Assembly: GCA_965246075.1 (NCBI GenBank)
Contig: CBDFCQ010000001.1
Location: 1-43,620, forward strand
Direction of reading: 5' to 3'
Length of the DNA: 43,620 nucleotides
Origin: an uncultured Candidatus Saccharibacteria bacterium
GTDB lineage: Bacteria; Patescibacteriota; Saccharimonadia; Saccharimonadales; Saccharimonadaceae
In this document: positions 9,051 to 18,766 of the stretch, one piece after another
Layout of the letters: each line of letters starts with the position of its first letter
Position numbering within the stretch: position 1 is the stretch's first letter
Notes under the pieces: generated by a model
The model's database searches: none
Told to the model about the DNA's origin: nothing
The model's input: only the letters and a program-made list of their open reading frames with translations
Translations under genes and position numbers: made by a program

Positions 9051-10433
9051 ATGTCATTTTTGCAACGTGCCTGGTTGTATATCACCAGGAAAAAACTCAA
9101 AACGCTGATTTTGCTAGCGATTTTGCTGTGTATGTCGACGATTATGCTGAGTGGATTTGCCATTAAGCATTCGACCGACGCGGCGGCGCAGTCGCTAGAC
9201 AAAACGCTCAAGGCCGGCTTCACGCTGGGCAATAATCCGCGCACCAATCCGGGAACCGCCCGCGGTTCGGGAACGGTATCGAGCAAAGACATCGACGCGG
9301 TGAAAAATCTGGAGGGCGTGACGGACTATGTCAAGCGCCAGAACGCCACGGTTGACTTCATCAATACTAAACTGGTGCCATTACCAAGTGGTGGCAGTGG
9401 CTATGACGCCCAGAAAGACAAACAGTTTGGCAATGCCGCGACTATCATCGGCGTCAATAAATCTGAGTCCGAGAAGAAGTTCCGGGCCGAGTCGCTCAAG
9501 CTTATCGCTGGCCGGCACATCACCGATAACGATTCGCACAAGATTTTGGTGCATGAAGATTTTGCTAAGGCCAACAACCTGAAGCTTGGCAGTAAAATTA
9601 AGTTAAGGGCCAATCAATACGACACCGACAACGAGCATCCATCCAAGGACGAGGTCGAGGTGGAAATCGTCGGTATATTTAACGGCAAGAACCCAAAGCA
9701 GGCGACGTACCAGGTGGAGCTGTTCGAGAATTTGTTCTTGACTGACATCGCGACGACCCGCCAGTTGAATGCCTATACCGAGCAAAATGAGATTTACCAG
9801 GACGCTACGTTCTTTACCAAGGGCACCAAACAGTTGGATGAGGTGATGGCGCGGGCAAATAAATTGCCGGTCAATTGGCAAAAGTATCAATTGAATAAGA
9901 ATAGTCAGGAACTGGCTGGTGTGACTGGTGCGGTGAACGGCGTGTATGGCCTGATCGACGGTATGCTGTGGGCGACGGCACTGGTCAGTGTCGCGGTAAT
10001 CGGCATGGTGCTGTATTTGTGGATGAATGAGCGCAAGCGCGAAGCGGGCGTGCTCTTAGCGACGGGTATACCGCAGTCAAAGATTGTGCTGCAATATATC
10101 GCTGAGCTGGTGATGATCGCAGTACTGAGCTTTGGTGCATCGTACTTTACCGCCGGGCTGATCGCACAACAAATGGGCGATCACGTGGTGTCGCAAGCAG
10201 CGCAGAACGCCACACGTCAAGCGGGTAGTTCCCTCAATGGTGCGTCGCTCGGTGCTGACGCTGATTCGGTGACGTCATCACGCACAATAGAAAAGGTGAC
10301 GGTTGGCGTGCAACCGACGGATCTGCTGGCGGTGTGGGGCGCTGGGCTGGCGGTGATTATCATTGCGGTACTGCTGGCTTCGCGGCCGATTACCCAGTCA
10401 ACGCCAAAAGAATTGCTAACCGAAGTGGACTAG
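9051..10433 (+). CDS. vex3: FtsX/MacB-type ABC permease, Vex3-like
   Basis: N-terminal TM, a large extracellular domain with NPRTNPGTARGSG and YQDATFF, three C-terminal TMs and a PKELL tail. Matches my recollection of pneumococcal Vex3. Confidence 0.8.
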   Translation: MSFLQRAWLYITRKKLKTLILLAILLCMSTIMLSGFAIKHSTDAAAQSLDKTLKAGFTLGNNPRTNPGTARGSGTVSSKDIDAVKNLEGVTDYVKRQNATVDFINTKLVPLPSGGSGYDAQKDKQFGNAATIIGVNKSESEKKFRAESLKLIAGRHITDNDSHKILVHEDFAKANNLKLGSKIKLRANQYDTDNEHPSKDEVEVEIVGIFNGKNPKQATYQVELFENLFLTDIATTRQLNAYTEQNEIYQDATFFTKGTKQLDEVMARANKLPVNWQKYQLNKNSQELAGVTGAVNGVYGLIDGMLWATALVSVAVIGMVLYLWMNERKREAGVLLATGIPQSKIVLQYIAELVMIAVLSFGASYFTAGLIAQQMGDHVVSQAAQNATRQAGSSLNGASLGADADSVTSSRTIEKVTVGVQPTDLLAVWGAGLAVIIIAVLLASRPITQSTPKELLTEVD

Positions 10434-10438
10434 GGCGA

Positions 10439-11680
10439 ATGATGACGATTATCAAACGAGCCTGGACGGCTGTGACGCGTAAACGGCGTCGCAGCCTGAC
10501 CATCGCCCTGATTATGACGCTGATTTTCACGCTGCTGATCGGTACGCTGACGGTGCAACAAACGATGGCGCAGCTGAAGCAATCGGTCGAGCGGAATATT
10601 CGTGCCGGCTTTAGCATAGCTAACAAGCAACCGTCGGGCGAGGTGCCAATGGATACGGCACGACAGGTGCAGCGCCTGGACAGTGTCAAAGCGCACAATT
10701 TCCAGGCAGAGACCACTGCGGGACTGCCGGGTAAGCAATTGGTTGACGTAGCGGGTAGCGGTGTGCAGCTGGACTCTAACGTAGCTGGCGAGGCTAAGGT
10801 GACGGGCGCGACACAGAGCGATCTGCTCGGCGAGTTCACCGGTCGGTTCTACCAACTGGAGCAGGGTAAGCACTTGACCGAGCGCGACCAAAACGCGGCC
10901 CTGATTCACAAAACCTTCGCCGAGAAAAATAATATCAAGCCAGGCGATAAGCTGGACATCACCAAGGACGGCAGGCGAGTGACGGTGACCATCGCTGGTA
11001 TCTTCAGTGGCAAAGGCAAAAAGCCGGCGGTCTTGCAGTCCGACATGGCGGAGAATCATCTCATCACCAACTTGGCAGCGGCGCAGCAGCTGACGGGTAG
11101 CCAGCAGTTGACGCGGGCGACGTATTTCGCCGAAAATCCGCATCAGCTGAAGTCGCTAACAGACCGCACCAAAAGCCTACCAAACATCGATTGGCAAAAA
11201 TTTAGCCTAACTGACAACGGGGCGGCATTCGCTGGCGTCCTCCAAAACATCGCTGGCATTCAAAACATTTTGACGATTGCCACCATCGGCGCAGCCGCGG
11301 CAGGGTTGGCAGTGCTGTCACTGGTGCTGGTGTTCTGGGTGCGCGGCCGCTTGCATGAAATTGGTATCTTGCTGTCTATAGGCACGTCAAAGCGGCAGAT
11401 TATCGGACAGTTCTTGGCGGAGTTGGCGATTATCGCTCTAGTTAGTTCGGTGTTCGCGCTCGCCATCGGTTCGGTTGCCTCGTCGCAAATTTCTACCGCC
11501 TTGACGACACAAACCGACCAAAACCAGCGTGTAGAAAAAACCGTGGTGCAGGCCGTACCAGCGGCGACCTATCTGCAAGCTTTCATCTTCGGCTACATGG
11601 TCGTTCTGCTGTCAGCCATCGCTGCCACCGCGCCAATCATGCGCCAATCACCAAAGCAAATTTTAGCAAAATTAAGTTAG
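10439..11680 (+). CDS. vex1: FtsX/MacB-type ABC permease, Vex1-like
   Basis: Starts MMTIIKRAWTAVTRKRRRS at ATG 10439. Contains GIFSGK, WVRGRLHEIGILLSIG and SPKQIL. Confidence 0.8.
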   Translation: MMTIIKRAWTAVTRKRRRSLTIALIMTLIFTLLIGTLTVQQTMAQLKQSVERNIRAGFSIANKQPSGEVPMDTARQVQRLDSVKAHNFQAETTAGLPGKQLVDVAGSGVQLDSNVAGEAKVTGATQSDLLGEFTGRFYQLEQGKHLTERDQNAALIHKTFAEKNNIKPGDKLDITKDGRRVTVTIAGIFSGKGKKPAVLQSDMAENHLITNLAAAQQLTGSQQLTRATYFAENPHQLKSLTDRTKSLPNIDWQKFSLTDNGAAFAGVLQNIAGIQNILTIATIGAAAAGLAVLSLVLVFWVRGRLHEIGILLSIGTSKRQIIGQFLAELAIIALVSSVFALAIGSVASSQISTALTTQTDQNQRVEKTVVQAVPAATYLQAFIFGYMVVLLSAIAATAPIMRQSPKQILAKLS

Positions 11681-11688
11681 GAGTTATT

Positions 11689-12363
11689 ATGTCACTACTT
11701 ACGTTACGCGATATCATCTATTCATACGCCGACGGCACCAGCAATGTGCTCAACGGCATCAATTATCAATTTGAAAAGGGCAAGTTCTACGCCATCGTCG
11801 GTAGTTCTGGCGCTGGTAAATCGACCCTGCTGGGGCTACTAGCCGGGCTGGACACGCCAACTGGCGGGCAGATTTTGTTCGACGATGAAGACATCGCCGA
11901 GCAGGGTTACTCGCATCATCGCAAACACAATATCTCGCTGGTGTTTCAGAATTATAACCTGATCGATTATCTGACGCCGCTGGAAAACTTGAAGTTAGTT
12001 AATTCCAAGGCCACCAACGAAACGTTGCGAACCATGGGACTGGACGACGATCACATTCACCGCAACGTCATGAAACTTTCTGGCGGTCAGCAACAGCGTG
12101 TGGCGATCGGCCGAGCGCTAGTATCCTCCGCGCCGATCATCTTGGCAGACGAGCCGACCGGCAACCTGGACGAAACCACCGCTGCCGACATCATCGATAT
12201 CCTGCGCCAGGCCGCCCACGAAAACGACAAATGTGTCATCGTCGTCACTCACAGCAAGCAACTAGCCAAACAGGCGGACGTGGTGCTTACATTGAAGGAT
12301 AAAAAAATTGAAAGGGTAAAAGTCTCAAGAGAAATTGAGTTAGACAGCAGATACCTTTGCTAA
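11689..12363 (+). CDS. vex2: ABC ATP-binding protein, Vex2-like
   Basis: Walker A GSSGAGKS, LSGGQQQR, ILADEPTGNLD and HHRKHNISLVFQNYNLIDYL. Confidence 0.9.
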   Translation: MSLLTLRDIIYSYADGTSNVLNGINYQFEKGKFYAIVGSSGAGKSTLLGLLAGLDTPTGGQILFDDEDIAEQGYSHHRKHNISLVFQNYNLIDYLTPLENLKLVNSKATNETLRTMGLDDDHIHRNVMKLSGGQQQRVAIGRALVSSAPIILADEPTGNLDETTAADIIDILRQAAHENDKCVIVVTHSKQLAKQADVVLTLKDKKIERVKVSREIELDSRYLC

Positions 12364-12753
12364 ATAATTAATCACATCAACATAATAAGGGTCTACGTTT
12401 ACTGGGGTATCTGCATTCAGTATTTCTGCTAATGTCATCCATTTGTAATCTTTATGCTCCCAGCTTAACTCAATGGAAGTGTCTACATCATCTATAGTTA
12501 CTCCAAACAGTATATGTTTCGTGTTTCTATATTGCTTAGTAAATAACATGTTTAGGCTGTTTGGGTCTACGTATATACCAGTCTCTTCTTGTATTTCGCG
12601 AGCGGTTGCTATATTAGGGGTTTCCTTTGTTTCTACTTCTCCTCCAGGAAGATCAAGATGTCCAGGGAAATTTGGATGTGTATCTCCTCTATATAGCAGT
12701 AAATATTTACCATCTCGATTCTTAATTAACGCTTTTGAAACCACTTTAAACAT
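12340..12753 (-). CDS. Nudix hydrolase (AT-rich)
   Basis: PGGEVETKETPNIATAREIQEETGI and LSWEH. ATG 12753 lies 6 nt after TACAAT. Confidence 0.85.
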   Translation of the reverse strand: MFKVVSKALIKNRDGKYLLLYRGDTHPNFPGHLDLPGGEVETKETPNIATAREIQEETGIYVDPNSLNMLFTKQYRNTKHILFGVTIDDVDTSIELSWEHKDYKWMTLAEILNADTPVNVDPYYVDVINYLAKVSAV

Positions 12754-12861
12754 ATTTTGATTGTAATATAGAAATGCTGCTTGGCTCAACTTTCTTAATT
12801 GAGGGGAAGATTTTAAAGAAGTTGCTAGTTCGTATATAATGGTCCTAAGGTAGATTTTATT

Positions 12862-13206
12862 ATGAATATACATCAGTTAAGATTATCTGAAGAGCCGTTT
12901 GTCGCTATCGCATCTGGTCATAAAACCATTGAGTCGCGGCTATATGACGAGAAGCGTCGGAAGATTCAACTCGGCGATCAGATTATGTTTATTAACCGCA
13001 CGAACCCTAAGCAGACCGTGACTGCGACGGTGGTTGGGCTGCTGCGATACGCGACGTTTCATGATCTGTTTTCTCATAATGACCCGCTTAAATTTGGTGG
13101 TGAAAGTGCTGAATGGCTGGAGCGTCAGATTGACGAGTTCTATTCTACGGCAGACCAGGAGCGATACGGAGTTTTAGGGATCGAGTTTGAGCATGAAAGC
13201 CAATAG
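12862..13206 (+). CDS. ASCH domain protein
   Basis: IASGHKTIESRLYDEKRRKIQLGD (GxKxxExR). Confidence 0.85.
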   Translation: MNIHQLRLSEEPFVAIASGHKTIESRLYDEKRRKIQLGDQIMFINRTNPKQTVTATVVGLLRYATFHDLFSHNDPLKFGGESAEWLERQIDEFYSTADQERYGVLGIEFEHESQ

Positions 13207-13912
13207 CAATATGCATGATGATATTGTGATGAAGTTGACAAAGCTTGCTGAGGACAACGAGACTTACGCTGAGTTTAATAAGCGTATCGTCAATACCGAG
13301 ATGCCGGTCATCGGTGTGCGGGTGCCGGATTTACGGAGGTTAGCACGGGAATTGGCGTCTGATATGAGTGCGGCGGAAATCAGTGCATTGTTGAAAGAGA
13401 AAAATGAATCATTCGACTACGTGCTGCTGTGTGGATTGTTGATTACGCATACTCGGCTCGATGATCAGGCGGCGATTGATTTGACCAAGCAATATTTGCC
13501 CCGCATTAATTCATGGGCGCACATTGACGTATTCATTGAGAAAAAGCGACGATTTACTGGTGAATCGTGGTGGAATTTTGCGCTGAAATGTTTGCAAAGC
13601 GAAGCTGAATTTACAGTTCGCTACGGTGTGGTTTCTTTGATGACTAATTTTTTGGACGAAGCACATATCGACAAAGTCTTTGTGGCATTGCGAAATATCA
13701 CCCACGACGGCTACTATGTCAAAATGGCACTAGCTTGGCTGTACGCCACGGCGGCGGTGCAGTTTTTTGAGCTGACACTGGCTGAACTAGAAAACGGGCA
13801 TGTTGATGTCTGGACGCGCAATAAAGCTTACCAAAAAATGCGCGAATCGCGGCGATTTACGCCCGAACAGCAGGACATCATTGCTAAATATAAAGCAAAA
13901 GAATATTGCTAA
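13193..13912 (+). CDS. DNA alkylation repair protein (AlkD-like)
   Basis: IGVRVPDLRRLA, INSWAHID, YYVKMALAW and RNKAYQKMRESRR. Start uncertain (13193 or 13211). Confidence 0.8.
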   Translation: MKANSNMHDDIVMKLTKLAEDNETYAEFNKRIVNTEMPVIGVRVPDLRRLARELASDMSAAEISALLKEKNESFDYVLLCGLLITHTRLDDQAAIDLTKQYLPRINSWAHIDVFIEKKRRFTGESWWNFALKCLQSEAEFTVRYGVVSLMTNFLDEAHIDKVFVALRNITHDGYYVKMALAWLYATAAVQFFELTLAELENGHVDVWTRNKAYQKMRESRRFTPEQQDIIAKYKAKEYC

Positions 13913-13984
13913 TCATCGTTAGCTTATAGCCTGGCTTTACAAAAGTCGAATAGTTATAGATAAGATGGTATACTAGTAACTAGT

Positions 13985-16552
13985 ATGAAAGTCAGCCTAA
14001 ATCTTATCAAACAATTGATTAATTTTGAATTACCGCCAGTGGACGAGTTGGTGGCGCGGGTCAATCAGCAGCTTGGCGGTGTCGAAGAAGTGATCGACCT
14101 GAAAGCAAAATATGGCGGTGCGCGGATCGTCCGGGTGGTTGAATGTGCCAAGCATCCTGATGCTGATCGGCTGAGTGTGACCAAGATTGACGATGGCGGC
14201 GTGGTGGCGGATGTTCCGCGTGATGAGAACGGGCTGGTGCAGGTGGTTTGCGGTGCGCCGAATGTTCATGCGGATATGTGGGCAATTTGGCTACCGCCAA
14301 AAAGCACGGTGCCGGCAAGTTTTGATGATGACGAGCCGTTCGTACTGGATGCGCGGCCACTGCGTGGTGTGCTCAGCCAGGGTATGTTGGCGGCGGCGGA
14401 CGAGCTGGCGATTGGTGCGGATCACGAGGGGATTGTTGAGATTCGTGAATGCGACGTGCCGGCGGGCGTTGAGCTCACGGCTGGTGCGAGTTTCGCAGAA
14501 ATGTTTGGTTTGGATGATTATGTGCTGGATATTGAAAATAAGATGTTTACGCACCGTCCAGATTGCTTTGGACAGCTCGGTGTGGCGCGCGAGATTGCTG
14601 GGATTTTTCATCAGCGATTTACTAGCCCCGAGTGGTATAAATCAGAGCAGAAGTTTGCTGAGGCCGAAGGTCTGGAGTTAACAGTAACGAACGATGCACC
14701 AGAATTAGTGCCGCGATTCATGGCGGTGGCAATCCGTGACGTTACCGTGGGCTCAAGCCCATTGTGGCTACAATGTCAATTGGTGGCTATGGGCGGCAAG
14801 CCAATTAACAACATTGTCGATGCTACGAATTACATGATGTTCATGACAGCGCAGCCAACGTATGCCTATGATTATGACAAATTGCGCGGGTCTAAACTTG
14901 AGGCGCGGCTGGCACGTGACGGCGAGAAAGTCAGTCTGCTCAATGGCAAAGAATATGAGTTGACGACGGACGACATCGTCATCGCTGATGGCGAGGGCGT
15001 GATCGGCCTGGCGGGAATTATGGGCGGTACCGACACCGAGGTTTCGGGTGAGACCAAAAACATCGTCCTCGAATGTGCTAATTTTGACATGTATGCGCTG
15101 CGCCGCACGGCTATGCGACACGGTATTTTTACCGACGCACTCACGCGATTTAATAAGGGTCAGTCGCCGCTGCAAAATGCTGCCGTGTTGAAGCAGCTGA
15201 TGAGTATGGTTGGCGGCGTGCAGGCGAGTGAAGTGTTTGACAAGCGCAACGATCGCCTGATGGTCGTGCAGCACGATTCGCGAGTTACATTTGGCTCTGC
15301 CGGCAAGGAAACCATTTCGATTTTCGATTGTGGCGCAGTGACTGGCGTTTTAGTGTTGGAAAGTACCTTTGTGAATGAACGTTTGGGCACAGAATTTTCG
15401 CCGCAGGAAATCTGCCGTATTCTGAAGAATGTTGAAATTAAGGCGCATGAGGAACCCGAGCCAAATACACCTTATCAATTTGAAGTAATCGCGCCATTCT
15501 GGCGCACCGACCTTGAACTGCCAGAGGATATTGTTGAGGAAGTTGGGCGACTATATGGCTTTGATAAACTACCGCGTCATTTACCGCGTCGGAGTATTAA
15601 ACCCGCACCAAAAAACCTGCGCCGTGAATTAAAAAACGCCGTTCGCCACAGTCTGTCGCGTGCTGGCGCTAATGAAGTCTTAACCTACAGTTTCGTTCAT
15701 GAACGCATCCTGAAAAACGCCGAGCAGGACGTTACTCAGGCGTACAAATTATCAAACGCCCTCAGCCCTGATTTGCAATATTATCGCTTGACGGTGTTAC
15801 CAAGTTTGCTCGACAAAGTTCACGCCAACATCAAGGCTGGTCATGATGAGTTTGCTTTGTTTGAAATGGGCAAGGGACATATCAAAATGCATGGTTTGGG
15901 CGAAGATGGCCTGCCAGAAGCCAGTCAGTTCACCGACATCGTCTACGCTGCCAAAAAGCCGGGAACAGGTGCGCCATTTTACAAAATTCGTCGCTTGGTT
16001 GAACAGTTGGCGCATGATCTTGGTACCGAGTTGGTATTTAAGCCGATTGAGCAGGAACGTGATTTCCCAGTCACGGCACCGTTTGATCAATCACGTAGTG
16101 CACTGGTCGAGACAGCTGACGGAACGTTCATCGGTATGGTCGGAGAATTGAAGCAATCAGTCATCAAGAATTTCAAATTACCAGCGTACGTAGCGGCAGC
16201 CAGCTTGGACACGGCCGGCCTGGAGGCTGTCTACGCTAACCATGTCAGCAATTACCAACCGCTCAGCCGCTACCCATCGACCAGCCGCGACATTTCTCTC
16301 AAAGTTTCAGCTCAGGTCAATTATGCGTCGATGCATGACTGTGTCAGGCGTGTTATAGATAGCCACCAAGATCTACAAATTGTCATTACGCCAATTTCGA
16401 TTTACCAGCCAGAGGACGATAATTCGACGAAAACTATTACTTTCAACATAAAGTTCACTAGCCTCGAGCGTACGCTGACCGACAAAGACATCACGCCGAT
16501 AATCGAGGGGATTGTTGCTGCGGCGGCCGAACTCGGTGCGGTGCAAGCTTAG
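13985..16552 (+). CDS. pheT: Phenylalanine--tRNA ligase beta subunit
   Basis: HPDADRL, VVCGAPN, HRPDC, INNIVDATNY, WRTDLELPEDIVEEVGRLYG and a C-terminal FDX-ACB domain. Confidence 0.97.
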   Translation: MKVSLNLIKQLINFELPPVDELVARVNQQLGGVEEVIDLKAKYGGARIVRVVECAKHPDADRLSVTKIDDGGVVADVPRDENGLVQVVCGAPNVHADMWAIWLPPKSTVPASFDDDEPFVLDARPLRGVLSQGMLAAADELAIGADHEGIVEIRECDVPAGVELTAGASFAEMFGLDDYVLDIENKMFTHRPDCFGQLGVAREIAGIFHQRFTSPEWYKSEQKFAEAEGLELTVTNDAPELVPRFMAVAIRDVTVGSSPLWLQCQLVAMGGKPINNIVDATNYMMFMTAQPTYAYDYDKLRGSKLEARLARDGEKVSLLNGKEYELTTDDIVIADGEGVIGLAGIMGGTDTEVSGETKNIVLECANFDMYALRRTAMRHGIFTDALTRFNKGQSPLQNAAVLKQLMSMVGGVQASEVFDKRNDRLMVVQHDSRVTFGSAGKETISIFDCGAVTGVLVLESTFVNERLGTEFSPQEICRILKNVEIKAHEEPEPNTPYQFEVIAPFWRTDLELPEDIVEEVGRLYGFDKLPRHLPRRSIKPAPKNLRRELKNAVRHSLSRAGANEVLTYSFVHERILKNAEQDVTQAYKLSNALSPDLQYYRLTVLPSLLDKVHANIKAGHDEFALFEMGKGHIKMHGLGEDGLPEASQFTDIVYAAKKPGTGAPFYKIRRLVEQLAHDLGTELVFKPIEQERDFPVTAPFDQSRSALVETADGTFIGMVGELKQSVIKNFKLPAYVAAASLDTAGLEAVYANHVSNYQPLSRYPSTSRDISLKVSAQVNYASMHDCVRRVIDSHQDLQIVITPISIYQPEDDNSTKTITFNIKFTSLERTLTDKDITPIIEGIVAAAAELGAVQA

Positions 16553-16616
16553 CTTCGAGTGATTGTTATGCTTGACCAAAATTGATATAATTGGAGAGAC
16601 AAATAAAAGGAGGATT

Positions 16617-17294
16617 ATGGCAACAACAAAAAGCCAAAGAATAGGGATTTGGGTGATTGCTGGCATGATGTTTTTAGGAACTGTTGGCGGATTTATCGCT
16701 ATGATGGTGCAGCCAGGCAATGACGCCAAAGACCAGGCAGCACTGAAGAAGGCGCAGGATGAGTATACTAAAGCCAACTATGAACATAAGAAAAAAGTAG
16801 AAGCTCAGGCCAGCGAACTAAGTCAAAAATACTACAGTAAATTTTCTGAGTTCAGCTCGCGAGTTGGTGCGTTTGAGACTAACGGAGTTAAAGAACTCGG
16901 CAAAGAAGATTTGTTGGAGGGTGACGGATCAGAAGTCAAAGACGATACTAAATTGGCGGTTTATTATATTGGCTGGAACCCTAAGGGGGAGATTTTTGAT
17001 CAATCAATTGCCGATGGAAAGTTAAAAGCGCCGCTTAATATGAATGGTCCAGCGAAAACTGCCGTAATTCAAGGTTGGAAAGAAGGTCTGATTGGTATGA
17101 AGATTGGCGGCGTACGCGAATTGACAATTCCAGCGGATAAGGCGTACGGAAATCAGGCTCAGGGCGATAAAATACCCGCCAACTCACCATTGAAATTCGT
17201 GGTTATGGCTATTGAAAAACCAGCGGAAATTCCGCAGCCAGAAATGCCAGAAATCATCAAGCGATATTACAGATCAAGGGGGCTCAATGTCTAA
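16617..17294 (+). CDS. Membrane-anchored FKBP-type peptidyl-prolyl isomerase
   Basis: N-terminal TM; VIQGWKEGLIGMKIGGVRELTIPADKAYG; SD GGAGG. Confidence 0.9.
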   Translation: MATTKSQRIGIWVIAGMMFLGTVGGFIAMMVQPGNDAKDQAALKKAQDEYTKANYEHKKKVEAQASELSQKYYSKFSEFSSRVGAFETNGVKELGKEDLLEGDGSEVKDDTKLAVYYIGWNPKGEIFDQSIADGKLKAPLNMNGPAKTAVIQGWKEGLIGMKIGGVRELTIPADKAYGNQAQGDKIPANSPLKFVVMAIEKPAEIPQPEMPEIIKRYYRSRGLNV

Positions 17295-18219
17295 AGAAGT
17301 TATCATCGTTGGTGCTGGCCCAAGTGCACTGACCGCAGCGATCTATCTGTCACGTGAAGACGTGCCGACGACACTATATGAACGCGGCGTAGTTGGTGGT
17401 ATGGCAGCTATTACTGACCAAATTGACAATTACCCAGGCTTCGCTGAGGGCGTGACTGGTATGAAATTGGCGTCCGAATTGCAGCAGCAAGCTGAGCGGT
17501 TCGGTGCGGATATCGAGTATGGCGACGTTACAGAACTGAAGCAGGTTGACGGCGAATTGGAATTGACGATTGATGGTCAGCCAGTGCGAGCCAAGGCGGT
17601 ACTGCTGGCAACTGGCTCAAATCACCGCAAGCTGGGCGTACCTGGCGAAGACGAATTGTACGGCCGCGGCGTGCATTACTGTGCGACGTGTGACGGCGCA
17701 TTTTACCGCGACAAGCGTTTGATCGTCGTTGGCGGTGGCAACTCGGCAGTGCAAGAAGCGATATTTTTGACTCGCTACGCCAGCCACATCGACCTACTGG
17801 TACGCAGTAAATTGCGTGCCAGCGATGTCCTACAAAAAGAGCTGCAAAAGTATGTCGATGAGGGTAAAATTACCGTCCATATCGGTGCAACGACTGATGA
17901 AATTATCGTCAAAGATGACAAGTTCTATGGCGTCAAATCAACCCAAAACGGTGAGCAAAAAGAGTTTACTGCAGACGGTCTGTTTGTCTTTATCGGCCTG
18001 ATTCCGAATACGCAGTTCTTGGCTGAATCAGACGTTGAACTAGATCTTGGCGGACACATTGTTACCGACGAACATTTGCGCACCAACGTTCCCGGTGTCT
18101 TTGCTTCAGGCGACGTGCGTTCGGGTGCAACCATGCAAATCGCTTCGGCAGTCGGCGAGGGTGCAGTCGCAGCATTGCAAATTCGCGATTATTTACAACA
18201 AAAAGCCAGAGAGGAGTAA
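17287..18219 (+). CDS. trxB: Thioredoxin reductase
   Basis: GAGPSA, CATCDG active site, GGGNSA and FASGD. ATG 17287. Confidence 0.95.
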   Translation: MSKEVIIVGAGPSALTAAIYLSREDVPTTLYERGVVGGMAAITDQIDNYPGFAEGVTGMKLASELQQQAERFGADIEYGDVTELKQVDGELELTIDGQPVRAKAVLLATGSNHRKLGVPGEDELYGRGVHYCATCDGAFYRDKRLIVVGGGNSAVQEAIFLTRYASHIDLLVRSKLRASDVLQKELQKYVDEGKITVHIGATTDEIIVKDDKFYGVKSTQNGEQKEFTADGLFVFIGLIPNTQFLAESDVELDLGGHIVTDEHLRTNVPGVFASGDVRSGATMQIASAVGEGAVAALQIRDYLQQKAREE

Positions 18220-18222
18220 ATC

Positions 18223-18756
18223 ATGGCAGACTTTAATCAAATTTTAACACCTGGTGATGTAGAGAACTGCATCGTCAATGTTGTCGTTGAGATTCCGCAG
18301 GGTTCAAACCACAAAATTGAATGGAATCGTGAGCTGGCGGTGATGCAACTGGACCGCGTTGAGCCAGCAATTTTTGCCAAGCCAACCAACTACGGTTTCA
18401 TCCCGCAGACGCTGGACGAGGACGGCGACGAATTGGACGCCTTGATCGTCACTGACCAGCCGCTGACAACAGGCATTTTCATGGAGGCGAAGGTTATCGG
18501 TGTGCTGGAGTTTGTTGATGACGATGAAGTTGATGACAAGGTGATCGTGGTGCCAGCTGACGACCGCAATACTGGCGATGCTATCAATTCGTTGGAAGAC
18601 TTACCGTCACAACTGCTCAAGCAGATTGAGCATCATTTCAACCACTACAAGGATATGAAGAAGCCAGGCTCAACAGTGGTCAAAGGCTTTGGTGACGTTG
18701 AGCGTGCCAAGCAAATCATCCGTGATTCGATCACTCGCTGGAACGAGCAAGCGTAA
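18223..18756 (+). CDS. ppa: Family I inorganic pyrophosphatase
   Basis: NYGFIPQTLDEDGDELD, DDKVI and HFNHYK. Confidence 0.95.
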   Translation: MADFNQILTPGDVENCIVNVVVEIPQGSNHKIEWNRELAVMQLDRVEPAIFAKPTNYGFIPQTLDEDGDELDALIVTDQPLTTGIFMEAKVIGVLEFVDDDEVDDKVIVVPADDRNTGDAINSLEDLPSQLLKQIEHHFNHYKDMKKPGSTVVKGFGDVERAKQIIRDSITRWNEQA

Positions 18757-18766
18757 AACTCGTTAT

